A stretch of DNA of 64,000 nucleotides from Felis catus (taxonomy: Eukaryota). This document shows, piece by piece, positions 40,890 through 54,179 of this stretch. The notes below the pieces were generated by a model. It had not been told where the DNA came from, did no database searches, and saw only the letters and a program-made list of their open reading frames with translations. The stretch spans positions 100,194,001 to 100,258,000 of the forward strand of contig NC_058368.1 of NCBI RefSeq assembly GCF_018350175.1, written 5' to 3'. A program made the translations under genes and the position numbers. Numbering within the stretch: the first letter of the stretch is position 1; every line of letters starts with the position of its first letter.

Positions 40890-41839
40890 ATGTCTGGTGT
40901 TTCTCCTGTGACCATCTCCACCATAGACATCACTGTCCCAAAGCATTTCGCCGCAAACGTTTTCACCACATAACTAATTGGCTGTACGGCAATTTGGCTG
41001 TAAAAGATAAAATAACTGGTTGACAGTTTGGTTTCATTTCTCCATTGACAAAGTTCCAAATTTTATATTACATAAATCTTAGCTAGTCCCCATAAAGCTC
41101 TATACACTGACGAATAGATGTTGTCTTAGAATAGGGAAAAACAACACCATATGTAGACTTGAAAGAAAATAGGCTGATAAAACTTACTTGAAGGGGGAAA
41201 AAAGAGAGTGTGAAGGCGGATTGCATACTATACTATACTATACCACACGAGAAAATGATAACAGTGACATTGGTAACAAAGCCCACTAACAAATGAATTA
41301 CAGCATTAGCATTTCTTACACATTTCCCATAGAACTTTGGAACATCTATCAACAGACATGTGACAATATGCCAAGAATGAACAGAGTAGAAGGCTTTCAC
41401 AATGCAGTGCAAAGCTCACTTTCAAATATGCATTCTAGTATTTGGAAAACTGATACGTCTCTTTTTTCTAAGTTTATTTAGTTTATTTATTTTGAGAGAG
41501 AGAGAGCACGAGTGAGGGAGGAGCAGAGGGAGAGGAAGAGAGAGACAGAATCCCAAGATGTAGGGCTCGAACTCACCAACTGTGAGATCATGATCTAAGC
41601 TGACATCAAGAGTCAGATGTTTAACAGACTGAGGCAACCAGGGGCCCCAAACTGTTACCTCTCTTAATGAAGGAAGAAATTAATAATTTAATTATGTTTT
41701 TATGTTTCCTCATGCCCTTTTTACTGTCCATCTTGTATTTTTTGTTATTTTATCTTTTAAGGTGAGATTGCCTAGTGGCCAGTTAGCCATGTAGCAAACA
41801 TGCTTGCCAAAGGTGTTGAAGGCAAAACCACCTAGAACC
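40890..41839 (+). mobile_element. Ancient DNA transposon with long TIRs and a Mutator-like transposase remnant, inserted in an L2 and interrupted by a SINE
   Basis: Degenerate inverted repeats at about 40890-41017 and 41744-41839 (taaaagataaaataac / gttattttatctttta); internal peptide FPIELWNIY..MPRMNRVEGFHNA..SIWK. Confidence 0.7.
41464..41648 (-). mobile_element. CanSINE inside the DNA transposon
   Basis: TSD aaactg(a/t)tac(g/c)tctctt. Confidence 0.88.
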
Positions 41840-42379
41840 AGTAACAGCAGGATGTGTGTTGAGAAGTTTGGCTCTGAAGACCAGGAGAGAAATAATGCAT
41901 GGAGTAGAAATAGAGATGTTGGGCTAAGAGAGTTTTCCTTAAAGATGAAAGTGTCCAGACCATATTTGAATGTTTAGGATTATGATCCCATGGAGGGAGG
42001 GAGGCTGAAGAAACAGGAGAGGGGACAGGGACGAGTGGGAAGCCTGGAGGAGAAACCCACAGCAGTGGGTGGGATCCCAGTGCCCACTGGGAGGGCAGGG
42101 TTTCAGGAGGAGGCACGTGTGAATATCCGAAGGAGGTTGAATGTGGATAAAGCAAGTGTGTAGACTGCTGGTGGAAAACTGAGGTAACTACAGTCTGTTC
42201 ACTTATATCTCATACTTTTTTTTTTTTTTTACGAAGTACCAGCCAAGCTAATCAAGTCTATCAGATAGGAAAGTGAGGCATAGGAAGAAAAAGGTTAATT
42301 TGAAGAGTCTGCTTAGTCCTTTGTCTCTTCATGCCTTGAGCTAGACTGAGTTTCTAAAATCAAGACTAAGGCTCCTGGA

Positions 42380-42598
42380 GGGGCACCTGGGTGGCTCATT
42401 CAGTAGAGCATCTATCTTTGGCTCAGGTCATGATCTCAAAGTCTGTGAGTTCGAGCCCCACGTGGAGCTCTGTGCTGACAGCTCAGAGCCCACTGCTTTG
42501 TATTCTGTGTCTCCCCCTCTCCCTGCCCCTCCCCTGTTCATGCTCTGTCTGTCTCTCTCTCTCAAAAGTAAATCAACTTAAATTTTTTTTAAAAAAAA
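42380..42598 (+). mobile_element. CanSINE
   Basis: TSD aagactaaggctcctgg. Confidence 0.9.
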
Positions 42599-43791
42599 AG
42601 ACTAAGGCTCCTGGCACCATTTGCCTCTATGATTCCCAAACACAAGAATGACTTGGAAGTCTTGACAGGCAGTAGATAAAACATTCAGTGGGATCCTTCT
42701 GGGGATTAGTACCCTTATGAGCCTTTCCAGCGGCCCTAGTTCACCTCCTCAGCTGTACTGATGTCACCAAATCCAGTGTTGACCTCACAAACTGCCCCCT
42801 GATGATGTTCACAGCTGGACTACTGATGTCCAACCCCCCATGTGCCATTTCTTCATCTTTTCTTGGTGCCAACCATGCCTGCATATCGGAGAACCACTCT
42901 AGGATCCCATGGCTCTCAGGTGTACAAAGCGCAACTGTAAGGTAACCAGACCAGTCTTCTTCTGCCCTCTTGGTTCTAGAAACCAGGCCTCTTGAATCTT
43001 TGTGTGTGTATACTGCATGGGTGGACTATGTGTGTATTGAGTGGGGGGGTGAGGTGAAAGTGACAAATTTTTAAGCCACAGCATCACGGGTAAAATTGAT
43101 GTATCACTTCCTAATACAAAAATGTGAAGAGCCATGCTCATCTGTACAAATTACAGGCTAACATAACAATTTTTTAAGATAAGCTTCAAATTACAATTAT
43201 ATATGTGATGGGAGAGACCACGACAGAGCTACCTCTCCTGCAGCCCAAAGACCAAAACAAAATTAGATAGTCACTGCATTTGGTGTCCCGGTATGTGGCT
43301 TTCTGCTCCTCTAGAAACAAAAATATTAACTGTAAAGTCTGTGAGAGGAGACTATCACACATGAGAAATTCTAATGTTACGTAGGCCTAAAAATGAACAA
43401 AGCTACAACATGCCACAGTCCAAAAGAATTAATCCAACTTAAATAATTTTGTACATCTTCATATGCTTACTTCTACCTCTTGCTCCCATCTCTCTGCTTC
43501 CAGCTCCAAACAGACACCCATAGTTTCTAGTCGTAAATACTTTGTAAGTCTCTGCGTAATGACAGGATGGATGTACGTAGTGCTTAGAAATCCAAATTCT
43601 AAGCTCAACAACTAGGATCTTTCCCAAGATTCTTAGAACTTCACTCAGGCAGTCCAATACAACCTGGAAGAAGTCATTATTGAAACAGAGGCGATTGTCC
43701 TGTGAACAGAATCTTACTGCTAAGCGTCATATGGTTGAGACTTCTGAATAGGTGGAGTTTCAAGAGGGTCTGACTTAGGACTCTCTCTCTC

Positions 43792-44009
43792 TTTTTTTTT
43801 TAATGTTTATTTATTTTTTGAGGGGGAGAAAGAGAGACAGCATGTGAGTGGGGGAGGGACAGAGAGAGAGGGAGATGCAGAATCTGAAGCAGGCTTCAGG
43901 CTCTGAGATGTCAGCACAGAACCTGAGGTGGGGCTAGAATTCATGCACTATGAGATCATGACCTGAGCCAAAGTCAGACGCTTAACTGACTGAGCCACCC
44001 AGGTGCACC
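43792..44009 (-). mobile_element. CanSINE
   Basis: TSD taggactct(c/a)tctct. Confidence 0.9.
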
Positions 44010-44532
44010 ATAGGACTCTATCTCTTGCTTTCCCTTTATATTTTGTAATTCACCTCCTGCTTATGTTCATTTCTCTTTCAAATTTTTACCTCTATGAGGT
44101 TGTCTTACATGAAGAAATGTCCTACGAATTGAGGAAGGGCCTAATACACCCAGGAATTCAATAAGTTTCCCATATTTCAATACATCAATATTCTAATGTT
44201 CTTCTTTGGCCCTCCCTCAGAGCTGGGGGCCCTTTAGCATATAAGCTGAAGACCAATCAGGCATTGGAAAAAACCCCACTTCTGAATACCAGGTCAAATA
44301 GTATCTATGCTTGGCTTCTTTTTCTCTCTAACTGTAAATGCTGGAAAAACTGAGTGGCTTTCTTAGTTTGTGGGATTTTCCTGTCTTGCCCCCATTGCTC
44401 CCTTCAAGCTTCATTTTCCCTATGACCTGAAAGCCATCTGACCACAAGGGTCAGGCCTCGTGCCAAAATGAGAAGCACAAGCACCAAACACCAGGGACAT
44501 CCTCCATCCATTTTCTTCAAGGAAAGTCATTC

Positions 44533-44738
44533 TTTTTTTAATGTTTATTTATTATTTATTTTGAGAGAGAGAGAGTGGGGGATGGGCAGAGAGAGAGGGG
44601 GAGAGAGAGAATCCCAAGCAGGCTCTGTGCTATCAGGGCAGAGCCTGACGTAGGACTCAATCTCCCGAACCATGAGATCATGACCTGAGCTGAAATCAAG
44701 AGTTGGACACTTAACCTACTGAGATACCCAGGCGCCCC
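44533..44738 (-). mobile_element. CanSINE
   Basis: TSD aggaaa(g/a)tcattctt. Confidence 0.9.
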
Positions 44739-44987
44739 TTCCAGGAAAATCATTCTTAACAAGAATTTGGCAAGATACTTGATCATACACCTCACCTTCT
44801 AACCTTCTAAAGAATCAGGGAGAAAAGCAGTTTTATCTCAAATGTGGGAATTAAAAAAAAAAAAACCAAAACCTTCTACCAAGAAACTGTATTCCTTTCA
44901 GGAGCAGAGATTCCTGAAATGTGGAATTTGTTCTTTGACTTACATTTGTAACTAAAATTCCAAGCATATATTCAAAATACCAGTAGT

Positions 44988-45009
44988 TTTTTTGTATTTT
45001 TTAATGTTT

Positions 45010-45041
<32 letters not shown>

Positions 45042-45205
45042 CAAGTGGGGGAGGGGCAGAGAGAGAGGGAAACACAGAATAAGAAGCAGGCTCCAGACTC
45101 TGAGCTGTCAGCACAAAGCCCAATGTGGGGCTCGAACTCATGAACGTTGAGATCATAACCTGAGCTGAAATGGGACACTTAATTGACTGAGCCACCAGGC
45201 ACCCC
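44988..45205 (-). mobile_element. CanSINE
   Basis: Typical sequence with long GA tract. Confidence 0.88.
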
Positions 45206-46525
45206 AACAGTGGGTTGTTATTTAAAAATCAGGTACACGAAGATATTTGAATATTAACAGCATTTCCAAATGATTGGCCAAGGCTTTCTTATCGTTCCGA
45301 GGAGCAAAACAAAACTCCAAATCATGAGTAACAGACTCTAATAGTTGGCCAATACACAGGCTGGATTGGAAAATTCCTTAACGTGGCATCCAGTAATTTC
45401 CAAAAACAATTCAATTTCAAACAACGATCCTTCCAGATGTGACATTTGGGTAGACTTGTTTGAAAACACCAGAAGTAAATGTGAAATACCAGTGGTTTCT
45501 AGACAATCAAACTATGATTGTTGAGGTTTGAGATTGAGCTACGCAGTTACTCCTATGTATGAAAATGCTATTTATACTTCGTCTGCATGTGTATGACGTG
45601 CCTGGGGGGAATGGAAACTTAATTATACACATCCAGACTAGTCAAGCTTGTTGAAATTATACTTTAAATGACCACAGGCAAAATTCTGACTTTGGGAAAC
45701 GAGTCTCTGGTGACCTGGTCTCATATTCTGATCTTGTTTTCCTTTTTAGCACCTTGTGCACCCTCCTGCCTAGTCGCTAGTTAACCACCACCCCCCCCCC
45801 CCACCGCCTCTTGATATTGTTGGAAGAGGGTTGGGAGATTCTGATAAGATCCTTCCCAGGAAAATCTCCTCCAGGGGACTGTTTGCATTTTGAAATAGGA
45901 TTTGCTGGGAAGGCACTGTTCATCCCAAGGGAATGAACATTTGAGGTAGTCAAGAGAACAGACCGAGGAATTTTGCTGGTTTCTCTCAAATCTTACCCAA
46001 TGACTGACTCTGTGGACATTCTCCATGTCCATTGACCATTGGTGTCCTCTGACCATTGGTGTCCTCACCTCCACCGTGTTTCTAGAAGCAGCTGGAATCA
46101 CATCTGGAATCAGATGATAGGTGAGCAAGAAAATCACAAATCTTTGAGCACATTACTAAACTTCCTCAGCCTTAGTCCCTCCTCTGTGAGGGGTTAAAAT
46201 GAAAGATCTTTTGCCAAGGACCTGCGATGGTGTCTAACAAATCATTCCCAGTCAGTTCCTTCCTGCCCCTACATAGTGGCCGTGGCGGAAGACCTACTGT
46301 CTCAGTGAAAACAAGCTTTACTACTTGCCTAAATGCTCTGCGCCTCAGTTTCCTGGTTTGCAAAATAAGGGCACTGAGTCTTGCCCAGAGGATTATAATG
46401 AGAATTCTTGCCCGTTAAAGCATGTTAAGTGGTTAGTACAAATCTTGGCGCTTAAAAGTGCTGGGTAATTATTAGCTGCTACTTGGTCAGATATTTCCGA
46501 TACTGGAATATTCACAGAGATTTCT

Positions 46526-46778
46526 CTTTTGTTTAATGTTTGTTCGTTTGTTTTTTGGCTGTTTGTGTATTTTTGAGAGAGAGACAAACAGACAGAGCAT
46601 GAGTAGGGGAGGGTCAGAGAGAGAGCGAGGGAGACACAGAATCTGAAGTAGACTCCAGGCTCTGAGCTGTCAGCAGAGAGCCCAGTGTGGGGCTTGGACT
46701 CCTTAACTGTGAGATCATGACCTGACATGACCTGAGTCAAATTCAGGCCCTCAACCAACTGAGCCACCCAGGTGCCCC
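46526..46778 (-). mobile_element. CanSINE with 10-bp internal duplication
   Basis: catgacctga twice. Confidence 0.88.
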
Positions 46779-47335
46779 TGGGATCCTCACAAGGATTTCT
46801 AAAAGAGATTTTCTTCTTTTCTCCTCAAGTACAGAGGAGAAAAGCTCTCCCTCTTATTTTCCCATCCAAACTTTCTGCCTTCTGTGATATGCCTTGTGCA
46901 CTTACCACAGACATTTCAATTATTTGGCCCTAGTGGAAGGAATCAGGAGTGTGGAAAATTTAAAACAGCAGCAAAGCCCCGACTTCTTTATGTTGACTTT
47001 TGTCATGCAGAGAGAGGGACACCGTCAGTGGAATGATAGCCATCCAAAGAGCTGCACAGTCCCTCAGACCCTTGTTTTGACAGCCAGCCATCAGGAGTGG
47101 GCCCCCAGCACAGTTACTGTGCCCACGGTTACCGTGCAGCCTTGGACACCAGCCTCACCTCTTAAAATAGGAGCTTCTTAAGACCTGACAGCGTACTTCA
47201 AGACTCCCGTCACCAAGTTCCATTGTATTTGACTCAGCGCTTATATTCAAAGAAAGCAGGGAATTTTGAGTATGACCATCTGTTCATTGTCACTGTACCC
47301 CCTTTTTCTAAAACACCTCTACGATACCTGGCGAG

Positions 47336-47487
47336 TTTTTATTTTTCTTTTAATGTTTACTTATTTTTGAGCGAGAGCAAGTGGGGAAAGGGCTGATGCG
47401 CGGCTCGTACTCACAAACTGTGAGATCATGACCTGAGGTGAAACCAGGAGTCAGATTCTCGACCGACTGGGCCACCCGGGCGCCCCC
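47336..47487 (-). mobile_element. Internally deleted CanSINE
   Basis: Tail and head present, middle missing. Confidence 0.82.
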
Positions 47488-48718
47488 TGACAAGTTTTTA
47501 ATTCCACAGTCTGAGATTCACTCCTCTGACTCAAAGCACTGACTCTGCAGGACATCCCAGCTAAAAGGCAAACGTTTTCTAGATTGTTCACAAACCCTCT
47601 TCAGCCCCTGGCACATTAATGTCACTTAGCCACCAGTGCAGCTGATTTCTTAGAAATGAGATATAAGGCAAATACCTCTTACTGGGGAGAGTGTGCAGGA
47701 AATAGCTCCTCAGAGCCATAAGCTCTGGTGCTTTCAGGGATGGCCAGGCTGCCTTTAGGGCAATGGGGAGCGGTAGAGTCTGTGGCATTACGTACACAAA
47801 GTCCCACCTAAAGATGTCACATTTAAAACTTTTGAGAACATTGTGCTGGTCAGGTAGAACATGCCTGTCTATTGGGTGGCGTGGTCATTGGTCCAACAGT
47901 TTACAGTCGGAGATCCCAAGTATGAGGCAGCAGGGAGGTAGTTCTGGGGGCAGTCTGGGTGAGATGCTATAATGGGGACAGACTGAGTCGTGAAAGACCC
48001 ATGAAGGGCCTCACATAGTTGTGTGACAGTTGTGTGCGTGGACCCCTGGCACCCACACTCCATGCCTGAGCACAGGGTAACTCACCCCAGCCACCAACAT
48101 CTATTTGGGTCACCTGTGGGAATCCCCAGAACAATGAGGCCATTCGTGTGGGTCAAACATCCAGGAACCAATCCATCCAAGAATTTTACAGGGCCACAAA
48201 AAGCTCAGGATCCTAGAGAGATTCCCCAACCTGGAGTGTAGTTTTCAGAACTTACAGTTTGAGTTTAAATATATCAGTGGGTGGAGAGGTTAAGAAGTGC
48301 TTCCTCCACTCAGTGGGTACCTTCGTCACCCTGTCCCTGCGTCTTGACTAACCCCACACGGTGTGGGCTCTGTGCGTGCCACATAGGGATCTGTCCACCT
48401 GACCTACTTTACCAGAGAAAGAGCTTTGGAAAAAGTGAAAAAAACATTTCCCAAATAAAGGTGGGGAGTTAAGTATGATCATCCCAACTCATCCCAAGTT
48501 CTGTACCTAGCATGGTGCCTGGCACATGGCCTGTAACCGGAAGATTCTTCCTGAGCAACAACATCTGGGCTACACTGAATCACCTCCTGACAGGCAGCCC
48601 ATTCCTCCAGATGCATTTCCACTTAGGGTAGGTCTCAACCTTCCAGAAGCCCAAGCTGTGCTTTTAGTAGGTGTGGCTACGTTCTTCCCGCTCACAATGC
48701 AACTTCAGTATCAATATA

Positions 48719-48932
48719 TTTTTTTTTAATTTTTTAATGTTTATATTTGAGAGAGAGAGAGAGAGAGCAAGCAGGGGAGGGGCAGAGAGAGAGGGAGACA
48801 CAGAATCCGAAGCAGGCTCCAGGCTCTGAGCTGTCAGTACGTGGAGCCCAGTGTGGGGCTCAAACTCAAAAGCCGTGAGATCATGACTTGAGCCGAAGTC
48901 GGACACTTAACCGACTGCGCCACCCTGGTGCC
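48719..48932 (-). mobile_element. CanSINE
   Basis: TSD cagtatcaa(t/c)at. Confidence 0.9.
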
Positions 48933-49253
48933 AGTATCAACATTTAGAACCTTATTGCTTTACTGGGTTTGTGAAGTTGGAAACAATCTGATTCAATGCA
49001 GATACTCACAGACTGGCCATACTGTGCTCGTTACCAGTCACACTCTGAGACATACAGTATGCATCAACACATTGTTGATCTATATGTGGGACCTGAGAAA
49101 GGCCCAAGGCCAAGTCCTGAGATGGGAAGGATTATCATGTGTATCCCTCTCATGGCCATCACTTTTTAATTTTGCATCTTTACAAAAATCATTAGAGATT
49201 AATGATCACAACTAGATGGGTTGAAAGCATCTTAAGCTCGGGCACCTTTTTCT

Positions 49254-49331
49254 TTTCTTTTCTTTTTTTTAATATGAAATTTATTGTCAAATTGGTTTCC
49301 ATACAACACCCAGTGCTCATCCCGGGGCGGG
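49254..49331 (-). mobile_element. Very short L1 3'-end insertion
   Basis: Reverse complement of the same L1 3' terminus seen at 29240-29290; 14-bp TSD gggcacctttttct (49240-49253, 49332-49345). Confidence 0.88.
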
Positions 49332-50034
49332 GGGCACCTTTTTCTACTGTACTCATCAAAGTCATGGTTTAGACCAACAGGGATGGTTTCTTTTTTCAAG
49401 ATGTTCTCACCCCTGGCTTCCTTGATTCCTTTCTGACTCGACTCGGGTTAATGGAAGTCCCCAAATGAGCCCAAGATACATGGCTGTTTTGATGTGGGGA
49501 TGTTATGATGCACCCTTAAAAAAAAAGGACAATTACACTTTCTGTATTTTTGGTTTCATTTCCAAGTAGTGTGTGAAGCATGTCACTTGGAGGAAAAAGG
49601 CAGGCATTTCATTTACATACATATTTGGTAATAAAAAGACATCTTTTACATTTTGATATTGTTGCTTTGACACAGCCCCAATGAAATGACCTTCTCAAAA
49701 GGAATAGGCCAACTGCTTCCATGACAGCAGATAAACCCAGCAAACTGCTGCTTCCCAGTGCGCAAATGTGGGAGGCTGCTTCTGCTCGCTGGTAGCAGAT
49801 CACTAATTGTACTTGTGACCCTTCTAGAACCAAAGGTCTCAGCACACTCTCTCTCTCTTTCCTCTTGAGGGGAATGAGCTTAAAGAAGATAACGGTTGGT
49901 TGGAGGGGAGGCAAAGACAAAGCCAAGGAAAATGTAAAGGAATGAGATAGTGTGAGGCAAAGGGAACCTTTCGATATCCCTGACATCAACTGAGGCAAGT
50001 GACTGACCTCATCTGTGTCTTTTGTGCACAGGTT

Positions 50035-50036
<2 letters not shown>

Positions 50037-50072
<36 letters not shown>
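50037..50072. repeat. (CA)n microsatellite
   Basis: Direct reading. Confidence 0.95.
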
Positions 50073-50078
<6 letters not shown>

Positions 50079-50765
50079 TACTAAAGGACTTTGAAGTTCC
50101 TCTCGCCGAAAGATGAGAAACTGGTGTCAGTAATGTTTCAAACAGACCAGATGCCATGCACATGGGCACAGAGGGATAGCCTTGGCTTTCAAACTATTCA
50201 TCTCTGCCCCAGGGCTAGGGCCTGGCAATCTAGACTTGGACTTCTCTGGATGAAATTGTATGTGAATGGGGTTGCCACCTGGTGCATTGTCTCTGGCAAA
50301 AAAAAAATTTTGATGTCCTGGAAAAAAAAAAAAACAAAAAACCTCAGTGAAACAGTTTGTAATTCTCTCCAGTCCCTTTTTCTTTTTCCCGTTTTCTTCA
50401 ATGGTGTTTATTTTTTTCTTTTTTCAGGAATTTCTCAGGAGACAAATTAAAGGGTTTAGAATCTAGATGACTTAACAATAGTCCCTAGTGCCTGGCATAA
50501 GTCACTGTAAAATCTATTATTTGATTCTGCAATTTCCTCTGACAATGTGTACTGCTGACTTGGAACCGACTGCATGCCATGAGCTCGGCAATGCAAAATA
50601 CTCGCCTAAACTAGGTCTGTGTGAGAGGTTTTTAACCGGCTATGCTGAGGAATGACAGACAAACAAGAAACTGCATTCATTAAATATGTGAGATTCAGTG
50701 AGTTTTCACAGTTTTATATACCTGTTACATCACCACCATAATCGAGATAAAGGAAGAAGATCTTT

Positions 50766-50980
50766 GGGGTGCCTGGGTGGCTCAGTCAGTTGAACATCTG
50801 ACTCCTGATTTCAGCCCAGGTCATGATCTTGCTGTTTGTGGGTTTGAGCCCCGCATCGGGCTCTGTGCTGACGGTGTGGAGCCTGCTTGGGATCTTCTCT
50901 CTTCTTCTCCCTCTGGCCGCTGCCCCTCTGCTAGCTCATGCTTTCTCTCTCTCTCAAAAATAAATAAATAAACTTAAAAA
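50766..50980 (+). mobile_element. CanSINE
   Basis: Typical head, CT tract, A tail. Confidence 0.88.
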
Positions 50981-51184
50981 CAGATACAGAACCCCCACAG
51001 ATTCCATATACCCCTTATTCTTCCTTCCCCCTCCAGGCAACCCCTGATTTGATTTTTAAGCCCTACAGCCTAGTGAGGATTTTCTACCACTGGAAGCAGG
51101 CAGTAATGGACTCTTTTGTGTTTGGCTTCGTTCAGCATAATGATTCTGTGTGTTATCCATGTTGGCACAAGCAGTGGTAGTACT

Positions 51185-51448
51185 TTTTTTTTTTTTTAGA
51201 GTTTTTTTTATTTTTGAGAGAGAAAGAAAGAGAGTATGACTGGGGGTGGGGCAGAGAGAGAGGGAGACACAGAATCCAAAGCACGCTCCAGGCTCTGAGC
51301 TGTGAGCACAGAGCCTAACAGGGGGCTCGAACTCACAAACCATGAGATCATGACCTGAGCCGAAGTCAGATGTCTAAGTGCAGTCAAATGCTCTACCACT
51401 GAACTACACCCCCTCAGATGCCTAACTGACTGACTCACCCATATGCCC
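51185..51448 (-). mobile_element. CanSINE carrying the tRNA-Cys half insertion
   Basis: SINE sequence resumes after the duplicated tcagatg(t/c)ctaa. Confidence 0.88.
51379..51413 (-). pseudogene. Tailless retrocopy of the 5' half of tRNA-Cys(GCA)
   Basis: Minus strand GGGGGTGTAGTTCAGTGGTAGAGCATTTGACTGCA (35 nt, ends at the anticodon), flanked by direct repeat tcagatg(t/c)ctaa. Confidence 0.85.
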
Positions 51449-51492
<44 letters not shown>

Positions 51493-53967
51493 AGTAATAG
51501 TCCGTTGAATGGCAGTATTATGCTTTATCTATTCATGGGTGTTTCCAGGTGCGTTACTGTTTTTATTATCACTGAAGAGTCCTGTCTCCTTTAGTGCAAG
51601 CAGAACCAGTTTGTATTTCTTCCACAAGAAAGAGATCAAGATGTTTTAATATAGGAAAATTATGAAGTGTCCCATCTGGCCCATTCCTGGATCTGATTCT
51701 GTCTCCAAGGTATAAGGTCCTTACCCCACACTCAGGTCTCAATCTGATCAAGACATGTCTCATTACTTTTTTCATCGCCCTCTCTCTGCCTGATGCCCCT
51801 CACAACCCAGTGCCTTAACTGTGGCTGATACAGTTCTGCGGGCAGAGAAGGTACTGGCTGCCAGTATCACTACCCTGCTGGCATATCACTACCCAGCATC
51901 TGAGGCACGGCCAGCTTCTAATGACAGGAAGTCTGGGGTCAGGGCCAAGGTGGGAAGGTGTCAACACACTTTGAAGAGCCAACCGTTGCGTTCTCAAGGA
52001 CTGCCCACCTGTATTGAACAGACTGCTCCTCGCATAGTTTCTCTAACCAGTCTTTGTGATCGACTTCAACGCATTCCTCTCAACTTACTACAGTAATATT
52101 GAACACTTGAATAGGTCATATTCCTTTCTACCTGTTCCACAGCCCATTTGACTGACTTTTGGTCAAAATTCTTCCTTGCCTCCCTACAGCAGGCCGCTGT
52201 GGGTCTCTGTTTATCACGGTACTTACAAATTTTGCCTTTGAATTGAACGAGTACTTGCTATGTTGTTCTCCATTACTAAGGAAAGCTAAGGCTTGGCATG
52301 CCCAATGACCTCCAGCATGGGGAAGATGCTGTCCTCAGTTTAAAGAGTTATTGCTGGAAGAAGCAGATAAACAAAGTCATGGAGGTAGCAAAGTTGAGGA
52401 TTGTGGGCTCTGGCTTGGGGACTGGGGCCGAGTTTGGTGGGGCTAGGGACCTGTTTCACGGGGCTAAGGTTGGCATGAATGAGGTCAGCATTCAGTGTCT
52501 GGCCTTTATTCTGTACCATGGAGAACCACAGAAATTCCTGATACCACATCAGACAGGCTAAGTCTGCATAAAACATACATAGTCAAGTGCAGAGAACAGA
52601 GGGAGCAGGTGGGAGGCCAAAAATTTTAAGTTGATTTCCTAGTCCAGTCACAAATGGGCAACACAGGACCCAGGGGATGGTTCGCTCCATTTGTCCCCCA
52701 AATTATCTCTTTCGCTGACGCTTCTCAGCATAAGATGGCTAATACCGTATGGTCCTATTTAGTTCTTTCTGAATTCGTATTTTGGCTACGAATTCAGCCT
52801 GAATTACATTAAAATATCTGGAAAATATAGTTAGATTACCTTAAAATGGAAATAAATTCATGCTAAATCTTGGCTTCAGAATTTTTTTCCAGGCCTTTTT
52901 TATTTTTATTTTTTTACCATTTTTTAAAATAATGGAGCAGAAGTCAAGGGCTTCAGTTAAGTTGCATCATATAAGCATGTAACTGATATACGTTCAGCTA
53001 CAAACAGTTGACAAAATAAAATGGTATTCTTGGAATAATGCAACTAAAGATACTGTAAATATTTTCATTTTGTGTTATACTTTCATTTTATACTTTGCAA
53101 AACTGTATTCATTTGTAACATTAGTTCTAGTTCCAATTACTAATTGGTTACAATCCGAGACTGTATTCTATACACAGCCTTGATTCTCATTTTTTATCGG
53201 TTACTTAAGGAATTTTCAGAAAGTAATTTGAGCTCCACTTGATTTTTCCTTTTAGGACTGATTTTATTACCTAATCCCAATTTAAGCTTTGACCCTGGAG
53301 TTGACATTCTTTTTATTATTTTATTATTCTTATAAAAATGACACAAGTGCATTATAAAAACTCAAGCCATTAGGAAAGTATAAAGATTGGCATAAAAATT
53401 AACCCAAGCCCCTTTGTGCTTGACCTAAGTGACTATCATTCCAGACACCCTTCTCTGTGCACAGCATATATAAATAAATACGGATGCAGATGTTTTCATA
53501 GGACTAAGATCGTCACATCCAAGTTATTCATACAGATATTATAAAGGCAAAAACAAATACTGTAGTTGATTTTACTTGAATTTGACAAAAGAAAACAAAG
53601 GGAAAGTGATGGCATTGTTGAACTTTAGAAAAGGATTTCTTCACTAAAGAATATTCATTTTTAAAGAATCCGTTACAGTCACAAAACCAAGATAAGTTAT
53701 CAGAAGATTTGAAAACAAGTCAGCTCCACGTCCTAATTTTATACTATTTTACGTGACTGTTTGCCACGACAGTAAAGAATTGAGCATCACTGACATCTTT
53801 GCCCCTCTCCTTCTGTTGACAAGTTTTGGTAAAGTATTTTCATATGTCAAGATATGCTCTTTTTATACTGTCTCAAACCCACAATTAGAGTCATGGTGTC
53901 AGTATTTTGGAGCTTTTCTGGTTGTGTCATCTCTTGTTTGCTTATATGTTCTTTTATTTTACTCTTC

Positions 53968-54179
53968 TTTAAAGTCTACTTATTTTTGAGAGACAGAGTA
54001 CACGAGCGTGAGTGGGGAAGGAGTAGAGAGAGAGACAGGGGGAGGCAGAGAGAATCCCAAGCAGGCTCCAAGCTGCCAGCACAGAGCCTGACAGGGGACT
54101 CAAAGTCATGAACCATGAGATCATGACCTGAGCCAAAATCGAGTCAGACACTCAACCCACTGAGCCACCCAGGCACCCC
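53968..54179 (-). mobile_element. CanSINE
   Basis: Typical sequence; degenerate TSD ttg(t/a)ttgcttatat. Confidence 0.88.

Larger units (their letters stand above)
39808..42200 (-). mobile_element. L2 remnant (host of the DNA transposon)
   Basis: ttcattcagcaaata start, then L2-like body resuming after 41840. Confidence 0.65.
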
